A stretch of 64,000 bases of DNA from a virus: the IMG/VR virus record IMGVR_UViG_3300045988_126281; one strand, given 5' to 3'. Positions 20,295 through 31,169 of the stretch are shown piece by piece (position 1 is the first letter of the stretch; the number at the start of each line of letters is the position of its first letter). The position numbers were made by a program, and so were the translations under genes. Under the pieces are notes generated by a model. It saw only the letters and a list, made by a program, of their open reading frames with translations. It did not search any database and was not told where the DNA came from.

Positions 20295-21170
20295 TTAGTC
20301 AACGAGAGCTTTACAAACAGTCTCAAACGTTTCAATAGAAGCAGAACCAGTCGGAAAAGCAACCTGAATAATTTGATTAACAACATCATCAACAGTTTTT
20401 ACTTCACGAGGTTCGCTAAATTTAAGAGTAAAGATTGTATAACCAACATCAGTAGCTTTAGGCTGAGCAAGAGGGTCAAGAGGATAATTAGGATACATAT
20501 AATGAACGTCGTCCATAAGTGTATACTCAAATCCAGCATCTGCGGCAGCTTTATTAGCAAGGTCGGTTACATAATCAGTATCCCCATAAGCCTTTTTGAA
20601 AGCAGTTGTATTTGCAATATCTGCATCAATAAGATAATCAGCAGGAACTACTGTAAAATCACAATCTTTTGTGTTAGCTGTGAAAGTAAGAACTTCATCA
20701 GAATAAGCAACAGTAACATCTGTTCCGATTACATTATCTTTAAAATACTTAAGGAGAGCGGCTCCAATAGTATCTTTAGTATCAGAAGATTTAGAATGAA
20801 CAGTGGCAGACCATTTATTCCTTTCATTAAATTTAACACCTTTCTTAACAAGAATAATAGTGTAATCCTGATTAGGAATAATATCTTCTGGAAGAGTTAC
20901 AGTGTAAACAGGCTTTGCGGCAGCTTGATAAACACCTTTTACATAAGAGAAATGATGCTTATAAATAGGAAGAACAACATTTCCTGCAGCACCTTGACGA
21001 AGAAGAACAAGAACTCCTTTCTTGTTAATCTCATTGCCAGTAGCAGTAAAAGCAGTCTTACCATTAGCATCGAGATATGCAAATCCTACTTTACCAGCAT
21101 CAGAAGCAATAGCGGCATCAACTGTTTTTGTAGGATACGCAGCATTTGCACCAAGAATAAATTGTCTCAT
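20295..21170 (-). CDS. Abundant structural protein (codon usage is GC-enriched, unlike neighbours)
   Basis: 291-aa ORF, Ala/Thr/Val/Asp-rich with no low complexity, followed by a strong terminator. Confidence 0.7.
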   Translation of the reverse strand: MRQFILGANAAYPTKTVDAAIASDAGKVGFAYLDANGKTAFTATGNEINKKGVLVLLRQGAAGNVVLPIYKHHFSYVKGVYQAAAKPVYTVTLPEDIIPNQDYTIILVKKGVKFNERNKWSATVHSKSSDTKDTIGAALLKYFKDNVIGTDVTVAYSDEVLTFTANTKDCDFTVVPADYLIDADIANTTAFKKAYGDTDYVTDLANKAAADAGFEYTLMDDVHYMYPNYPLDPLAQPKATDVGYTIFTLKFSEPREVKTVDDVVNQIIQVAFPTGSASIETFETVCKALVD

Positions 21171-21187
21171 ATTCTATTATTTATTTG

Positions 21188-21856
21188 TTAACTTTGTATA
21201 CTTTGAGAAGTAGAACCAACAGAAGAAAAATACTTTTGAACAGCAGTTTCAACTATTTCATGATGAAGATAATCAGGAAGATTACAATTGACACATAAAT
21301 TTTCATTATCGTCTAAATGAACAATAGCAGGATTTTCTATGTATCTAATTAAGAGAACTTGTGGAAATTTATCGGTTGTTCCATTTTGTATCTCAATAAT
21401 CATTCCGTCATCATCAAACATTGTAACAATCGGATAAGCAACAGATGCACGATTGCAATAATCAGCATTAGTATCTTCAACTTTATCTGGTTCAACAAAT
21501 CTACACTTAATATATCGTCCATCACCATAAGAAAGTGCAAAGGAACAGAAATACATTACATTTGTCAAATTTGCTATACTAAGATGAATAGGAAGTTTAT
21601 CTTCAAATGACAAATCAATTTCATTTCTTTTATATAAAGTTCTTATAGCATTTATTGGACTAATAGTATCATTCTGAATCGTAACTTTATCTTGAAATTG
21701 CATTGTGCTATTACTCAAAACAATTTTACGAACAGTATCAACAATAGCATCATTAAGATAAGTATCAATAGACTCAGGAAGAATAGCTCTGACCAATTGC
21801 AAACCCATTGCTTGACCTAAAGTCCTAAACAATACGTGCATCTCTTGTATCGTCAT
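21188..21856 (-). CDS. Hypothetical structural protein
   Basis: 222-aa ORF in the head-tail module. Confidence 0.6.
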   Translation of the reverse strand: MTIQEMHVLFRTLGQAMGLQLVRAILPESIDTYLNDAIVDTVRKIVLSNSTMQFQDKVTIQNDTISPINAIRTLYKRNEIDLSFEDKLPIHLSIANLTNVMYFCSFALSYGDGRYIKCRFVEPDKVEDTNADYCNRASVAYPIVTMFDDDGMIIEIQNGTTDKFPQVLLIRYIENPAIVHLDDNENLCVNCNLPDYLHHEIVETAVQKYFSSVGSTSQSIQS

Positions 21857-21857
21857 A

Positions 21858-23009
21858 TTAATAGTTTTTAAGTTTATTACTTAAAGCAGAAACTACTGAA
21901 GCATTATCTGGGTTCTTAAACCAAATTACAGCCTCCTTAATATTACTTCCAATAAATTCTCCACTAGGAAGAACTATATTTTGATTATTAGGAAGTCTTG
22001 TAAGTTCTCCATGAGAAATAAGTTTTTCAATTATAGCAACAAGTCTAATGTCTTTATCGCCACAAATCTTATTAAACTTAACAGGCTCAGTAGCACTAAA
22101 TTTATCAAGATTGTTTTCTTTTACAATAGTAGATTCAGCCAAAGAAGAAATAATAGGCAGACCATAGAAATTACAATACTGAATATAAACAGCATCGAAA
22201 AGTTCTTTATCTTGAACACAGTTAAGATAATTAGACTTAGCTCTATTAACTTCTGTCCTAAACTTAGCCAGTTTTTCGGCTTCTTTTTGGTCATCTTTAA
22301 AATAAAATCGAACATTAGGGTCTGAATTAATAAAAGCAATATCTTTCGCAACATCGTTATAAAACAAGCAATGTCTATAAATAAGATACTCTTCTACATT
22401 ATCAGGATACCCATATTGATATTTAGTGCTTTCAAGAGCATTAAGTTTGACAATTTTGTTTTTAAGAGCTTCTTTAAGTTTATTGAGGTCTTGGCGTGGA
22501 AAAGCATCATATTCCTCATTAATCTTATTTTCTTGTTCTTTAATGGCAAAAAAGTCTCTCTTTTTATAATAATGAAAACTGATATTAAGAGTCTTTCCAA
22601 TCTCATCAACTTTAACTTGGAAGTTATTAAGATATTGTTTTACTCTTGTAATAAAATTTTCATTATTAGGAGCTAAACCTATAATATTAGGAAAATAAGT
22701 TTCAACCTCAGCTTTATTAGCAGAAAGAGTACGAGAAGAAGAAATTGAACTTCCAATATAATCACTACGTTTGCCAATAATTTTATCATTAGCTTTACGA
22801 TAAAGTGAATAATTTTTTACAAGAGAAATACTAACACTTCTTCTGTCAAAATATTCTCTATCAAGAGATTCATTTTCTTCACGTTGAACACCTAAATCTA
22901 CTTTAACTTCTCCTGCACCAGGTTGAAGAGCTTCAGTAGGAACTTTCTGTTCATTACTATCATTGGGAACAGCACCCATTGCGAATTTAATTGTACCAGA
23001 ATTAGCCAT
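21858..23009 (-). CDS. Hypothetical structural protein
   Basis: 383-aa ORF immediately downstream of the capsid gene. Confidence 0.6.
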   Translation of the reverse strand: MANSGTIKFAMGAVPNDSNEQKVPTEALQPGAGEVKVDLGVQREENESLDREYFDRRSVSISLVKNYSLYRKANDKIIGKRSDYIGSSISSSRTLSANKAEVETYFPNIIGLAPNNENFITRVKQYLNNFQVKVDEIGKTLNISFHYYKKRDFFAIKEQENKINEEYDAFPRQDLNKLKEALKNKIVKLNALESTKYQYGYPDNVEEYLIYRHCLFYNDVAKDIAFINSDPNVRFYFKDDQKEAEKLAKFRTEVNRAKSNYLNCVQDKELFDAVYIQYCNFYGLPIISSLAESTIVKENNLDKFSATEPVKFNKICGDKDIRLVAIIEKLISHGELTRLPNNQNIVLPSGEFIGSNIKEAVIWFKNPDNASVVSALSNKLKNY

Positions 23010-23035
23010 AACTTAGTTGTTTATATTTTTATTTA

Positions 23036-24508
23036 TTAGAGCGAACACTTCAGTAAGAACATCTTTGTAGAGTTGTTCACCTGAAGTCCAATAGAAGATT
23101 TAACCTCATAACGAGCCATATCAACTTCTGTAGCTGCATGATTGGTATTAGGTAGACCCCAGCAAGCTGGAATATCAGTCATACCCTCGATAACCTTAGC
23201 TTTGTAAATCTGACCTTTCTGACGAACAAGACGAACATTACGTTCTCCCTCATAAGTAGAAAAATCAATAAATGCAGCTTGATGAGAAGTAAGAGGATAG
23301 CCTGTACGAGGGTGAATCATACCATTTTGTTTTGCAGCTTCGGCAATAGTTCCTTTATCAAAGAAAGAACAATGCTTAGCTGTAATTGTATGACCTTCTA
23401 CAGTCTTATACTTACGGAAATAAGCACCATACTCAAGACCATCACCGGAACCTTGAATTTCTTTTTCACCAAGAGGAGTAAGGAAACCATTTTCTTTAGC
23501 ATCAAGCTTCATAGCCTCATCAAAGTCCTCAAGGAAACCTTTACCGCCCATGAGTACAATATCCATTGTACCAGTATCAGTATCTCTTTCAAGAACATCA
23601 CCAACAGTTCTCTTAATCTTAGAAAGAGTAAGATACTCTCCATAGGTATCATAATTAGATTCACGGCAAATTTCAAGCATACCAGCAGTATGAGGAATTG
23701 GTTTACTGTTATCTCTATCTTTAAGACCAATTTCACCATTTACGTTACGGTTATATTCGGCAAGCCAAAGTCTTTCCTCATTCATAACACGCATTGTAAG
23801 GTTAAATTGACGCATTTCCTCGTTAATCCAAAGTTTAGAAGAACCGCCTTGAGCATTCTTAAACTCATATTGAGTAATTACGTTAGCAAGATTACCTGCA
23901 ATTTCTTTAGAATATCTATGGAACTCAAGCTGAGAAGTCATCTTACCATAAGACATAGAATTGCTTCTATTACCTTTAGAGTAAGATTCACTAATAGTAG
24001 GAGCACTCATAGACCAATACATTCCTTGCTTAAGGAAATCTGGATTTACATAAGCTTCTGGATTAGGAGTTGTAAGTTTAAGAATATAGGCATATCCATA
24101 AGGACTTTCACCTAAATCTTTTTGAATACGAACTTGGGTCATTCCATCAGGAGCAATAAGACCATATTGCTCAATAAACCAATGAGTAGCAAAATGAACC
24201 TCAAATTCAACACCACCTTTACCAGGAGTAGTATTATCAGGATTGAAATAAGTAACCATATCAGTAAACTTCATTCTACCCATAACAGGCCAAGTCCACT
24301 GAACAGTATCAATATCAACAACTCCTGCTTTACCTTGACCCTCAGTCATAAATGTAAGAGGGAATCTATCATCGTCCATACCATAATTATAAGTAAGGAA
24401 CGAATTAATTTCTACTGGCTTTTGAAGTTGAAGATATGCAATGCTTTCTTCATTAGAATATCCTCTGTCCTCATAACGACCAGAAGAAATTTTACGCATT
24501 TTATACAT
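23036..24508 (-). CDS. Major capsid protein (inferred)
   Basis: 490-aa ORF with GC-enriched codons. It sits in the canonical terminase-portal-scaffold-capsid order. No diagnostic motif was verified. Confidence 0.65.
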   Translation of the reverse strand: MYKMRKISSGRYEDRGYSNEESIAYLQLQKPVEINSFLTYNYGMDDDRFPLTFMTEGQGKAGVVDIDTVQWTWPVMGRMKFTDMVTYFNPDNTTPGKGGVEFEVHFATHWFIEQYGLIAPDGMTQVRIQKDLGESPYGYAYILKLTTPNPEAYVNPDFLKQGMYWSMSAPTISESYSKGNRSNSMSYGKMTSQLEFHRYSKEIAGNLANVITQYEFKNAQGGSSKLWINEEMRQFNLTMRVMNEERLWLAEYNRNVNGEIGLKDRDNSKPIPHTAGMLEICRESNYDTYGEYLTLSKIKRTVGDVLERDTDTGTMDIVLMGGKGFLEDFDEAMKLDAKENGFLTPLGEKEIQGSGDGLEYGAYFRKYKTVEGHTITAKHCSFFDKGTIAEAAKQNGMIHPRTGYPLTSHQAAFIDFSTYEGERNVRLVRQKGQIYKAKVIEGMTDIPACWGLPNTNHAATEVDMARYEVKSSIGLQVNNSTKMFLLKCSL

Positions 24509-24550
24509 ACGACTTAAACTTTTAAATTAAACATAAACAACAAGAAAAGA

Positions 24551-25837
24551 TTAATAACCAAGGTCAATATCTTTTCCATTCTTTGCATCGTTAGTAGTAG
24601 GTTTAGTAATCTTTAAAGTAGATTTATTATTTTGTTTGGCTTTAAGTCTAATAGATTTAACTTCTTTTTCATTAATAGCCATATCTACAAGATTAGAATA
24701 ATTACCACCAACAAATGTTAGATAAGCACGAAGAATTTCATCATCTCTACGAGCATTTTGGTCTTGGGCTGCCAAATCTCTCTGATATTGAGAAAAACCT
24801 TCTTTATCAACTCTATAAAGATAATTGAAGAAATCATTAGGCGTAACAGTAAGTTTTTGTCCATTTCTATTAATAATAATAGATTCAGGAATTTGATAAT
24901 TAGCAATTTTTCTACTATCTATAACTTCTTTAACGCCATTCCAATAATCTTGGTAATAACGTATTTCTTCGTCTTGTGCTTTCTTTGCTTCTTCTGCAAG
25001 TTTAGCTTTTCGGTCAGCATCATATTGTTTAAGATTATTAAGTTCATCTTCTGCAATAGTAGCAAGACTACCACTAGATTTAAGATAATCTATATAACCT
25101 TCAACATCGCCTTTAGCACCTCTTTCTTTCCAAGCAGTACGAATAATTTCTTTTTGCTGTTCCTCGTTATCTTTGTCTAAAGTGACATCACTTCTATCAA
25201 CAACTTCATTAAATCCTTCAAGACTATTTCCATTAGCTTTATAATAGTTAATGGCATCTTTAATAAAAGGATATTGAGTAAACAAAGTATTAAGAGCAGC
25301 TTCAGCTACATCATTTTTCGATACTTCAACAACGGCATCAATGTAACTTTTTATACCATTAGCGGTATTTTCAAATTGTATAGGTTTTTCGTCATCATCG
25401 ACAATTTCAGTGCCAACAGCTTTTATAATGTTGTCAATAGTAATATCATTTTCATTTGTATCATCTACATTGAAATTTTTAATCCAATCAGCAACATCTT
25501 TAGCTTCCTTAAAAATAGCACCTTTATCATCAATGACATTTCCGTTTTCATCAACTGTATAAGTTTTATCATCAAGTTCAAATTTAGTACCAGAAGAATA
25601 TTTAGATTTATTTTCTTCAGAACCTTCATCTTTTTTATCTTCTTTAGGCTCTTCTTTTTCTTCATTAGTAGTACAATTTCCTAAATCAGTAGTACCATTA
25701 GAAGTTTCTACTTTACCAGTAGAAATATTAGTTTTTTCGTCCGTTGGAGGAATAGGTTCATTTCCTTTTCCACCATCAGTAGGAGGAGTAACATCTGTAC
25801 TTGTCTCACCTCCAAAACCAAAATCAAAATCAGGCAT
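24551..25837 (-). CDS. Acidic coiled-coil protein, scaffold-like
   Basis: 428 aa, very D/E/K-rich with a predicted coiled coil (DADRKAKLAEEAKKAQDEEIRYYQDYWN); lies between the portal and capsid genes. Confidence 0.55.
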   Translation of the reverse strand: MPDFDFGFGGETSTDVTPPTDGGKGNEPIPPTDEKTNISTGKVETSNGTTDLGNCTTNEEKEEPKEDKKDEGSEENKSKYSSGTKFELDDKTYTVDENGNVIDDKGAIFKEAKDVADWIKNFNVDDTNENDITIDNIIKAVGTEIVDDDEKPIQFENTANGIKSYIDAVVEVSKNDVAEAALNTLFTQYPFIKDAINYYKANGNSLEGFNEVVDRSDVTLDKDNEEQQKEIIRTAWKERGAKGDVEGYIDYLKSSGSLATIAEDELNNLKQYDADRKAKLAEEAKKAQDEEIRYYQDYWNGVKEVIDSRKIANYQIPESIIINRNGQKLTVTPNDFFNYLYRVDKEGFSQYQRDLAAQDQNARRDDEILRAYLTFVGGNYSNLVDMAINEKEVKSIRLKAKQNNKSTLKITKPTTNDAKNGKDIDLGY

Positions 25838-26092
25838 ATCTTTATCAGTTTTAAGAAGTTTACTTTATGCAATTATACAAATTTCATTAATAAGTTCAAC
25901 AATAAAATCATTAATAACTTTATTAAAAACCAATTTAATAAATAATACTGTGAAATATAAAACTAAAATATTTTATAAATTTCAATCAATTTTAAGCCGC
26001 TCTGATGCAAAATAGTCTATATCTGATTAGTACCACATTCAATACTATAAAAGTGCATTAGAGCGCAAAGAAAGTGCTAATAAGGCAAAATT

Positions 26093-26139
26093 AAACTGCC
26101 TGTAAAGGAGTATTCAGTCGATTCCTTTACAGGCAGTTT
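26093..26139. terminator. Perfect 17-bp inverted repeat of the dispersed motif (aaactgcctgtaaagga / tcctttacaggcagttt) with a 13-nt loop
   Basis: Read directly from the sequence; intergenic between the portal 3' end and the scaffold-like gene start. Confidence 0.6.
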
Positions 26140-26168
26140 GCTATTAAATCATCATTTCCAATATCATC

Positions 26169-28586
26169 TTATTTTTTACTTCCAGATTTAGTATCATATT
26201 TATTCTTATTTTCTTTAGCAATTTTAAGTTTAGTATCAATATCCTTTTCTTTAACTTGTCTATCTCGTTCTGCATTAAAGAAATCAATAGCCATCTTTTG
26301 ACGTTCAATACTATTTTTATCTTGCTGGATAGCATTACGTTGAGCTTCAAGTCTATCAATACCTTCTTGTTTTTCAGTATCAGAAACATTTCCAGGATAA
26401 GAAACCATATTAGCATCAGCACGAATAAGTTCAATTTGTTTATCAATTTCACCTTCAAGAAGTTTAGTCTTTCTATCTTCTTCTCCTTTCATCTGTATCT
26501 TTTGCAACTCAAATTCTTGCTTCATTTGTTCTAATTGTTGGTCGAGTTGCTTAAGTTCATTTTCATGAGCTATCTTTTCATCATTAAATCTATTAATAAG
26601 TTTAACGATAGCAGCAACATTATCTCCTTGAATTGCAGCAACAGCAGAAGTAAGGTCACCATTTTGAGCAGCACTAAAAGCAAATTGTTTAAGTTGGTCA
26701 AGTTTTTCTTGTTCTTTAATAGAATTTTTAGCTTTAATTACGTAATCAGCATAAATGTGCTTATCAATATCAACAGAAACATATTTAAGATTATTTTCAT
26801 CATCACGATAAGAAGTATCAAGTCCATCAATCCACGCAAATTTAGAATAATCCATATCACGAGCATAATCTCTTTCACGCATTAAATCCATCATATATTC
26901 TATAATAACAGAACCCATACTGCCTCTGACAATGGCTTCTTGAGTAGTTCCTTTACCAGCAGAATTAGCAATATCCCCATATCTTTGAGGAGTCATATCA
27001 ACTTGCATCTTAGCTGTATTTTCAATATCAGCTAAAAGATTAGTAAGTTGAGTAAGATAATCTCCAATATTATTTTGAAGAAATCTTACTTGTTGAGCAC
27101 GAAGCATTCCTTGGTCTTCACTATCATCAATATAAAGAACTCCATCAGCAATCATTTTATAAATTGTATCTTCTGGGACTTTACCAAGAAGAGATTTAGC
27201 TATCATAAGGACATTAAGTTTATTTTTGGCAAGAACCATTTCTCTATGATAAGCAACAATATTATAAAATACTTGGAATGGAGTAACAATATCAAGAATA
27301 CTAAACTTACCAAAACCAGGAAATAATTCATTCATTCCATTATAAGGAAGTTTACCATTTCTATTATAAGCAATGGCACGAGCTTTATATGGATAAATAG
27401 CATATTGTCTACAACCTATCCTTGTAGATTCATATACTTGTGGAACATAAATATATTCCATAGAAATATCTCCAATATCAAAATTTAATTCATAATCATC
27501 TTCTTCCATTCTAGTAGAAATAAATCCTGCTTGATTTTGATAAGTAACAATACATCTTCTAATTTCACCTCTCCAAACTACATGCCAAACATCGTAAAGA
27601 TTACTATTTAAATCTCTAATCATGCTAGGCTCTTTACTAAAGAAAGCTCTATCTTCTTTATTAAATCTACTACAAATATCTGGATAAAACCTTTCATAAG
27701 TAGCAAAATCAAGAGGAGTTGTAGGATGCCCGTTTAAAGCATAATAATCTTCAAGAAATTTTCTATCTACATCAGTAAGATATTCATCAAATTCATCAAT
27801 TATCTGTTGATATGTAAGTTTACGTCTTTCAGCAAACATATCATAATCTTCAGCAAACATATTATCATTAGGAATAGGAAAAGCATCTCTTAAAGAAACA
27901 ACTCGTTTAATAATTTTTTCTCCAATAACATCGGTATAAGTGTAACATTCACCAAATGTTACCCATTCAAAATATGCTCTTGAATAAATAAGTTTATCTT
28001 CTGTAATATCACGAATTACATTAAGAATTTCTTGTCCTTGAGCAGATATATCATCAATATATTTTTCATTAAAATCTGCAATAAATTCTTCAATATTAAA
28101 TTGTTCTTGAGGATTAAATTGTTGAGGGTCATTACCTTGATTAACCCAATTAGCATAACTTTCTTGAATTTTTGCAGCTATTTGTTCTTGAACAATAAAA
28201 GCAAGTTCTTGACGAAGTTTTGAATTTCTTGCAAGAATTACTTCTGGATTATTAGCACCAACAATAAAATCATGAGGATTTTTGATATATTCAGAAACAT
28301 ATCTTCTAATAACACCTTTCATAATATCGTAATTCCTCATTGTAGCAGGAAAACGAGTATATTTTTCATTAGTAGCATTATAAGGATTTAGAATCTTTTT
28401 ATAAAATTCAGAAGGAATATCACCTTTAAGAACTCTATATTTTTTTTCTAAATCAGAACTATTTCTAATATTCTGACCTTGTGCTATAATCCAATCACAA
28501 CAGCCAGCATACCATTCAGGTTTATTTTTCTCGGCATTACTAACTCGCTGACGAGGAAAATCATATTCTCTTGGAAGTTCAACCAT
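26169..28586 (-). CDS. Portal protein (inferred)
   Basis: 805-aa ORF immediately downstream of the terminase gene; acidic coiled-coil C-terminus. Confidence 0.65.
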   Translation of the reverse strand: MVELPREYDFPRQRVSNAEKNKPEWYAGCCDWIIAQGQNIRNSSDLEKKYRVLKGDIPSEFYKKILNPYNATNEKYTRFPATMRNYDIMKGVIRRYVSEYIKNPHDFIVGANNPEVILARNSKLRQELAFIVQEQIAAKIQESYANWVNQGNDPQQFNPQEQFNIEEFIADFNEKYIDDISAQGQEILNVIRDITEDKLIYSRAYFEWVTFGECYTYTDVIGEKIIKRVVSLRDAFPIPNDNMFAEDYDMFAERRKLTYQQIIDEFDEYLTDVDRKFLEDYYALNGHPTTPLDFATYERFYPDICSRFNKEDRAFFSKEPSMIRDLNSNLYDVWHVVWRGEIRRCIVTYQNQAGFISTRMEEDDYELNFDIGDISMEYIYVPQVYESTRIGCRQYAIYPYKARAIAYNRNGKLPYNGMNELFPGFGKFSILDIVTPFQVFYNIVAYHREMVLAKNKLNVLMIAKSLLGKVPEDTIYKMIADGVLYIDDSEDQGMLRAQQVRFLQNNIGDYLTQLTNLLADIENTAKMQVDMTPQRYGDIANSAGKGTTQEAIVRGSMGSVIIEYMMDLMRERDYARDMDYSKFAWIDGLDTSYRDDENNLKYVSVDIDKHIYADYVIKAKNSIKEQEKLDQLKQFAFSAAQNGDLTSAVAAIQGDNVAAIVKLINRFNDEKIAHENELKQLDQQLEQMKQEFELQKIQMKGEEDRKTKLLEGEIDKQIELIRADANMVSYPGNVSDTEKQEGIDRLEAQRNAIQQDKNSIERQKMAIDFFNAERDRQVKEKDIDTKLKIAKENKNKYDTKSGSKK

Positions 28587-28598
28587 CTCAATTAAATT

Positions 28599-30836
28599 TT
28601 AAAACCAATCTCTATTTAAAATATCAACTTGTTCAAGATTTTCCTCATCAAGAGGTTTTCTACTTGTAAGTTCAGATTCAGCTCTGAGTTGCATAGCTTT
28701 CCATTCTATGCCACGAAGTATCATTTCAGATACTCTATCAAAATTACCTTTACTATTCCATTTCTTAAGTTCAAGAATAGTTTGATAATCATAAATAGTA
28801 TGAAAATTTCTTATAGGATTTCCAAATTCATCTTTACCAATTTCTTCATAAAGAAATTCTTTAAGAAGTCTAATACCATCAAGTTTTCTTGTAGCAGAAC
28901 CCATATTATAACCATAAGTTGAACTTGTTTTACCTTTTAATGTAGAATCCCAAACATATAAAGGCTCAAATGAAAGATAACGAAGTGCATTCCACTTTCT
29001 AAAATTAGAAACAGTTTCACCTCTATTAACCTCAACATTTGTAGTTCCAATGCAATTATAATATTTAGCTAAAAGATAACAAATATGGTCAGCTTCTTCA
29101 AGTTTATCAGTACGACCATAATAAGAAGCAACAAGTTTTTGTTTATATCCATTAACAGCACAAGGATTCATCCAAACTTTAATACTGTTATGAGAATGAC
29201 GATTAGTAATTTCATTTTTATCTTTATCGATACCAACGGGGTCATAAGTTATACTATAACGACCATTAGGTATTTCTTTCTTCGTTTGATAAGCATTTGA
29301 AATAATATCATATTCGGGAAAGAAAAAAATTCTAACACACCCATGAGGGTTTTCATTACTTCTACGAGGAACACCTTGAATATAATCAAATACTTGTTTT
29401 CCTTGTTCTCTCAATAATTTATTTGAAGTAAATTTAACACCTCCAGCAACTTCTTCTAATGCTCCGTCAATATAAAATTTTAAATCTTCATCAATACGAA
29501 GTCTATTTTCCCAAGCAGTAAGTTCTTCAGAACTAAATATATTTTCAGTAGCACTACTAAAAGATTCAGCAGGAAAATTAGCATATTGTCCAAGATAATT
29601 GATATAATCTGCATAAGTTTTAGCACTTTCTTTTTTCTTAATACGTTCTCTTTTTGCTATTTCAAGACCTACAAGTATATTACTATTTCCATTTTCATCA
29701 ACTCCTTTAACACCAGAAATTTCTCCTTGAAGTCCCCAACAATAAGGCTTAAAAAAACCACAAACTTCATTACGAGAATCTCTATCCCAAACATTTTCAA
29801 AAGGCATAAAATTAAAAGTTTTAGGATTATAAAAATTCTGTTCAAAAGTTTGCATATTACCAGAAGTAGCAGTTCCCCAAGCACAAAGAAAACCAGTTGT
29901 ATAAGCACCTGTTCTCATAGCAGGTTCAGTAACATTCATAAATTCATCAAAATTTTCCATAGTAGAAACTTCTTCTACTTTGACTTTAATAGCATCTTTA
30001 CCAATTGCACAATCAGGATTGTTCATAGCAGAAACAGAAATTAAAGAACTACCCCAAGATTTATCTGCTTCTGTACCATTAGGTAACTTATAACCAAGAC
30101 GAAAATCAGTTTTCATTGTACTAAGAATACCTCTAACAAAAGGAGTATTTTGTTCATAAAAACGAATATCTTGTATAGCAAAATCTGTAAGACCTCCTTT
30201 TTGAGTAAGATATTTTGAATCAGCAGCTATATGAATAACTACTTTACGAGATTGAAGATTTACAGTATTTGCAGAATCAGAAGCCATAATATAAGAAAAT
30301 CCTCCACGACGAGTTTTATCTATAAGAAAATGAAAACCATTATTTTGTGCAAATTCCATAGCATGAAACGTCCAAAATTGAGCATCAATAAATTTAGGAA
30401 AATTATAATATTTTTCAGCAGTATTTATATTACCAACTTTAACAGTACTTTCTTTTAATTGCTCGATACGTGTATAATTAAGAAAATTATAATGAGAACC
30501 TGTAATTCTAACATTATGAATACTGCCATCAGGATATAAAAGGCAAGGTGCAGTAAAACCATTTTTACGTCTATATTGTTCTCTTTTTCTTACTTGACGA
30601 TGAGGAATACTATCAACTTTATAATTAGTAAACACTTTATTTCTATTAAAATAATCAGCCATTTCAACAAAGAGTTCAGTATTAATAAATCTAACACCTG
30701 GCTGAATATTCATAAGAAAACCTCCACTATCGCCTATAAGAAATAAATCATCTGGGTCTTTATATCCACAATCTTTAGCATGTTTATAATGTGATTTATC
30801 CTCATTAATGAACGATAAAAAAGGATAATTATCCAT
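28599..30836 (-). CDS. Terminase large subunit (inferred)
   Basis: 745-aa ORF at the head of the morphogenesis operon; possible deviant P-loop DKTRRGGFS. Confidence 0.6.
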   Translation of the reverse strand: MDNYPFLSFINEDKSHYKHAKDCGYKDPDDLFLIGDSGGFLMNIQPGVRFINTELFVEMADYFNRNKVFTNYKVDSIPHRQVRKREQYRRKNGFTAPCLLYPDGSIHNVRITGSHYNFLNYTRIEQLKESTVKVGNINTAEKYYNFPKFIDAQFWTFHAMEFAQNNGFHFLIDKTRRGGFSYIMASDSANTVNLQSRKVVIHIAADSKYLTQKGGLTDFAIQDIRFYEQNTPFVRGILSTMKTDFRLGYKLPNGTEADKSWGSSLISVSAMNNPDCAIGKDAIKVKVEEVSTMENFDEFMNVTEPAMRTGAYTTGFLCAWGTATSGNMQTFEQNFYNPKTFNFMPFENVWDRDSRNEVCGFFKPYCWGLQGEISGVKGVDENGNSNILVGLEIAKRERIKKKESAKTYADYINYLGQYANFPAESFSSATENIFSSEELTAWENRLRIDEDLKFYIDGALEEVAGGVKFTSNKLLREQGKQVFDYIQGVPRRSNENPHGCVRIFFFPEYDIISNAYQTKKEIPNGRYSITYDPVGIDKDKNEITNRHSHNSIKVWMNPCAVNGYKQKLVASYYGRTDKLEEADHICYLLAKYYNCIGTTNVEVNRGETVSNFRKWNALRYLSFEPLYVWDSTLKGKTSSTYGYNMGSATRKLDGIRLLKEFLYEEIGKDEFGNPIRNFHTIYDYQTILELKKWNSKGNFDRVSEMILRGIEWKAMQLRAESELTSRKPLDEENLEQVDILNRDWF

Positions 30837-31169
30837 TTATTTTAAAATTAAACCAATTAAAAGACCTATAATACAGCCACTACTTATAATAGTAACTGTT
30901 TTATAAGTCTTTATATTTTTAGAAAGTTTTTCGTTAAGAACTGTTGCATTAGCAACAGTTTTTCGACATTCTCCAATAACAATATTTTGTTCTATAATAT
31001 ATTTATCTTTTTGGATTATAAGAGAATCTTTTAAAATATTAAGGTCTTTATAATATTCTCGTTCAATAAGTTTAGCATTAATTTGTTTAATTTGTTCAAG
31101 ATTAAGAGTAATACTAGTATCAGCTTTTTGGTAAACTCCCTGTAAAGGAATGTGTTTATTACTTGCCAT
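30837..31169 (-). CDS. Lysis-associated membrane protein (C-terminal TM anchor, coiled coil)
   Basis: Probable start MASNKH; C-terminus VTIISSGCIIGLLIGLILK; adjacent to the endolysin. Confidence 0.4.
   Translation of the reverse strand: MASNKHIPLQGVYQKADTSITLNLEQIKQINAKLIEREYYKDLNILKDSLIIQKDKYIIEQNIVIGECRKTVANATVLNEKLSKNIKTYKTVTIISSGCIIGLLIGLILK

Noticed and set aside
20292-21191. 299-aa + strand ORF antisense to the 20295..21170 structural gene
   Set aside because: Low-complexity Ser/Cys/Ile-rich translation. It is the mirror of a GC-enriched gene whose own translation is protein-like, and the stop-free antisense frame is expected from the codon bias.
23279-24115. 278-aa + strand ORF antisense to the major capsid gene
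   Set aside because: Antisense shadow ORF with Ser/Ile/Phe-rich low complexity. The capsid gene on the other strand is the real feature.
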